The notes under the pieces were generated by a model. That model was not told where the DNA came from, made no database searches, and was given only the letters and a program-made list of their open reading frames with translations. The translations under genes and the position numbers were made by a program. Below are positions 62,755 to 64,000 of a stretch of DNA of 64,000 nt, piece by piece. The DNA lies in contig OU015569.1 in the NCBI GenBank assembly GCA_907165135.1, forward strand, positions 5,332,001 to 5,396,000, read 5' to 3'. Numbering within the stretch: position 1 is the first letter of the stretch; every line of letters starts with the position of its first letter. This DNA comes from Oikopleura dioica. Lineage: Eukaryota; Animalia; Chordata.

Positions 62755-64000
62755 CTAAAGATATTTAACTTTGAGTTCTTCGGTGCCCGTATACGGATCA
62801 ACAGCTTTGGTGTATTCTTCTTCTTTGAGAATTCCAATCACTAAAACAACAGTGTTCCCCACTGTTGTATCGCCAAAAAGATCGCCACCTGCTACTGCTC
62901 CCTCTTCATTTGCGAGTGTTATCTTGTTTTAGATAGAATATGTTAAATTAACCTAACTTACCTTCAAATCCGCACCGAAATTATCTGATACTGGTCCAGT
63001 TAGTGACAATAATGTAAAGTTTCCCCGCAAAATATCGATCATTCCACTCGCAAATTTGATATTTGCTCGCGTTAGATGCCCCGTGCCGGAAAGAACTACG
63101 CCTGCATGAATTTCATTTTCCGTGAGAAATGTTCGCAACTCTCTCAGTATATCTGTCAGGAGAGATCGCAATAAGCGCTTCAACGCGTCATATTTTTTTG
63201 TGACGATCCCTATTCTTTTCCCTGTCGAAGACGGACAGTTACGGTATCCATTTTATTTCTCTTTTTTTTCTAAATAAACGAAGAGATTTCATCGTGACCT
63301 TTGACCAGCTGACAAAGGGATTCACACTTCGAGTATCGTTGAAAGAACCGTGTTTCAACGTCGATTACCGATATTTCCTATTTTTCGTTAGTTTCCATCT
63401 TTATTTATTCAAGTCTCACTATAATCTTAAAGATTATCTTATAGAACTCATTTTATTAGCATTTTTTTATTGTACGAGCTATGACAGTACATTAAGCGTT
63501 TCAAGATTTATCCTCTTCCGGGAAACGGGAATCTTCCTCCTTTGGGAGGAAAAAAGGCTTCAGTTGTTGTTGTTGTTGTAACGGTTGTCTCAGGAGAAGT
63601 TTGATTCCAGTTTGCCGGTCGAGTAATATTCCAGACAGGAACACTGCCCGTGAAGCTTATTAATGATCAGTAAATTATGATATTTTTTTTATAAAATTAC
63701 ATCATTGGGTCAGGCGTTGGTGGTTGTGTCACTTCTCGCTTGAAAAATGGAGGCCTGTATGTCGTCTGATCGGCCAAGTCAATCACGTAATCATCCCTGT
63801 ATCCGCCTGGGCGGAAGTCCGCTCGGAGAATATCCTCGCTGCAAACATCGGAAATCTGGAAATCAGGAATCATTCCTGTATGTCGGTCCACTTTCGAATC
63901 TAAGGAGAGTTAAAAGAAAGCAACGAGCCTAATTTTTCTACCATCTGAACAGCCGAACGGGAACATGCTCAAAAAACATTCCATTCGAGTAATATTGTAT
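62755..64000 (-). CDS. Protein ending in a PPC/DUF296 domain; 5' part runs off the window
   Basis: IHAGVVLSGTGHLTRANI..FTLLSLTG..ILANEEGAVAGG fits the PPC pattern; upstream exons unidentified. Confidence 0.6.

Overview
Eukaryotic, very gene-dense genomic DNA with short introns (about 30-60 nt, mostly GT-AG), tiny intergenic gaps and long same-strand gene runs. This architecture fits a compact appendicularian genome such as Oikopleura dioica; that assignment is inference, not a database hit. About 27 protein-coding loci can be traced by eye, including IMPAD1, PSMD9, TEX9, an SLC22 transporter, WDR6, a multipass+RING-CH protein, TACC-like, TMEM26, MED13, ZIP11-like, a myosin regulatory light chain, STX5, SVOP, CTR9, TRMT6, DENND1, VIPAS39, PTGES3, MGST3 and 4E-BP. 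There is also one tRNA-Gln(TTG). At least eight short non-autonomous transposon insertions are present. The most striking observation is that two hAT-type elements, each with an exact 8-bp target-site duplication, sit inside coding exons of conserved genes (WDR6 and TMEM26). Each can in principle be removed by an in-frame GT-AG splice, so they may be introns being born from transposons. One of them carries a 22-copy array of a 56-bp unit containing a perfect GAA-triloop hairpin. A spliced gene resembling only the BED-finger/dimerisation N-terminus of a hAT transposase lies in the same window. Caveat: several conserved genes show single-base losses in homopolymers, so the assembly probably has indel errors, and gene boundaries are approximate. 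All family assignments are by-eye motif recognition.
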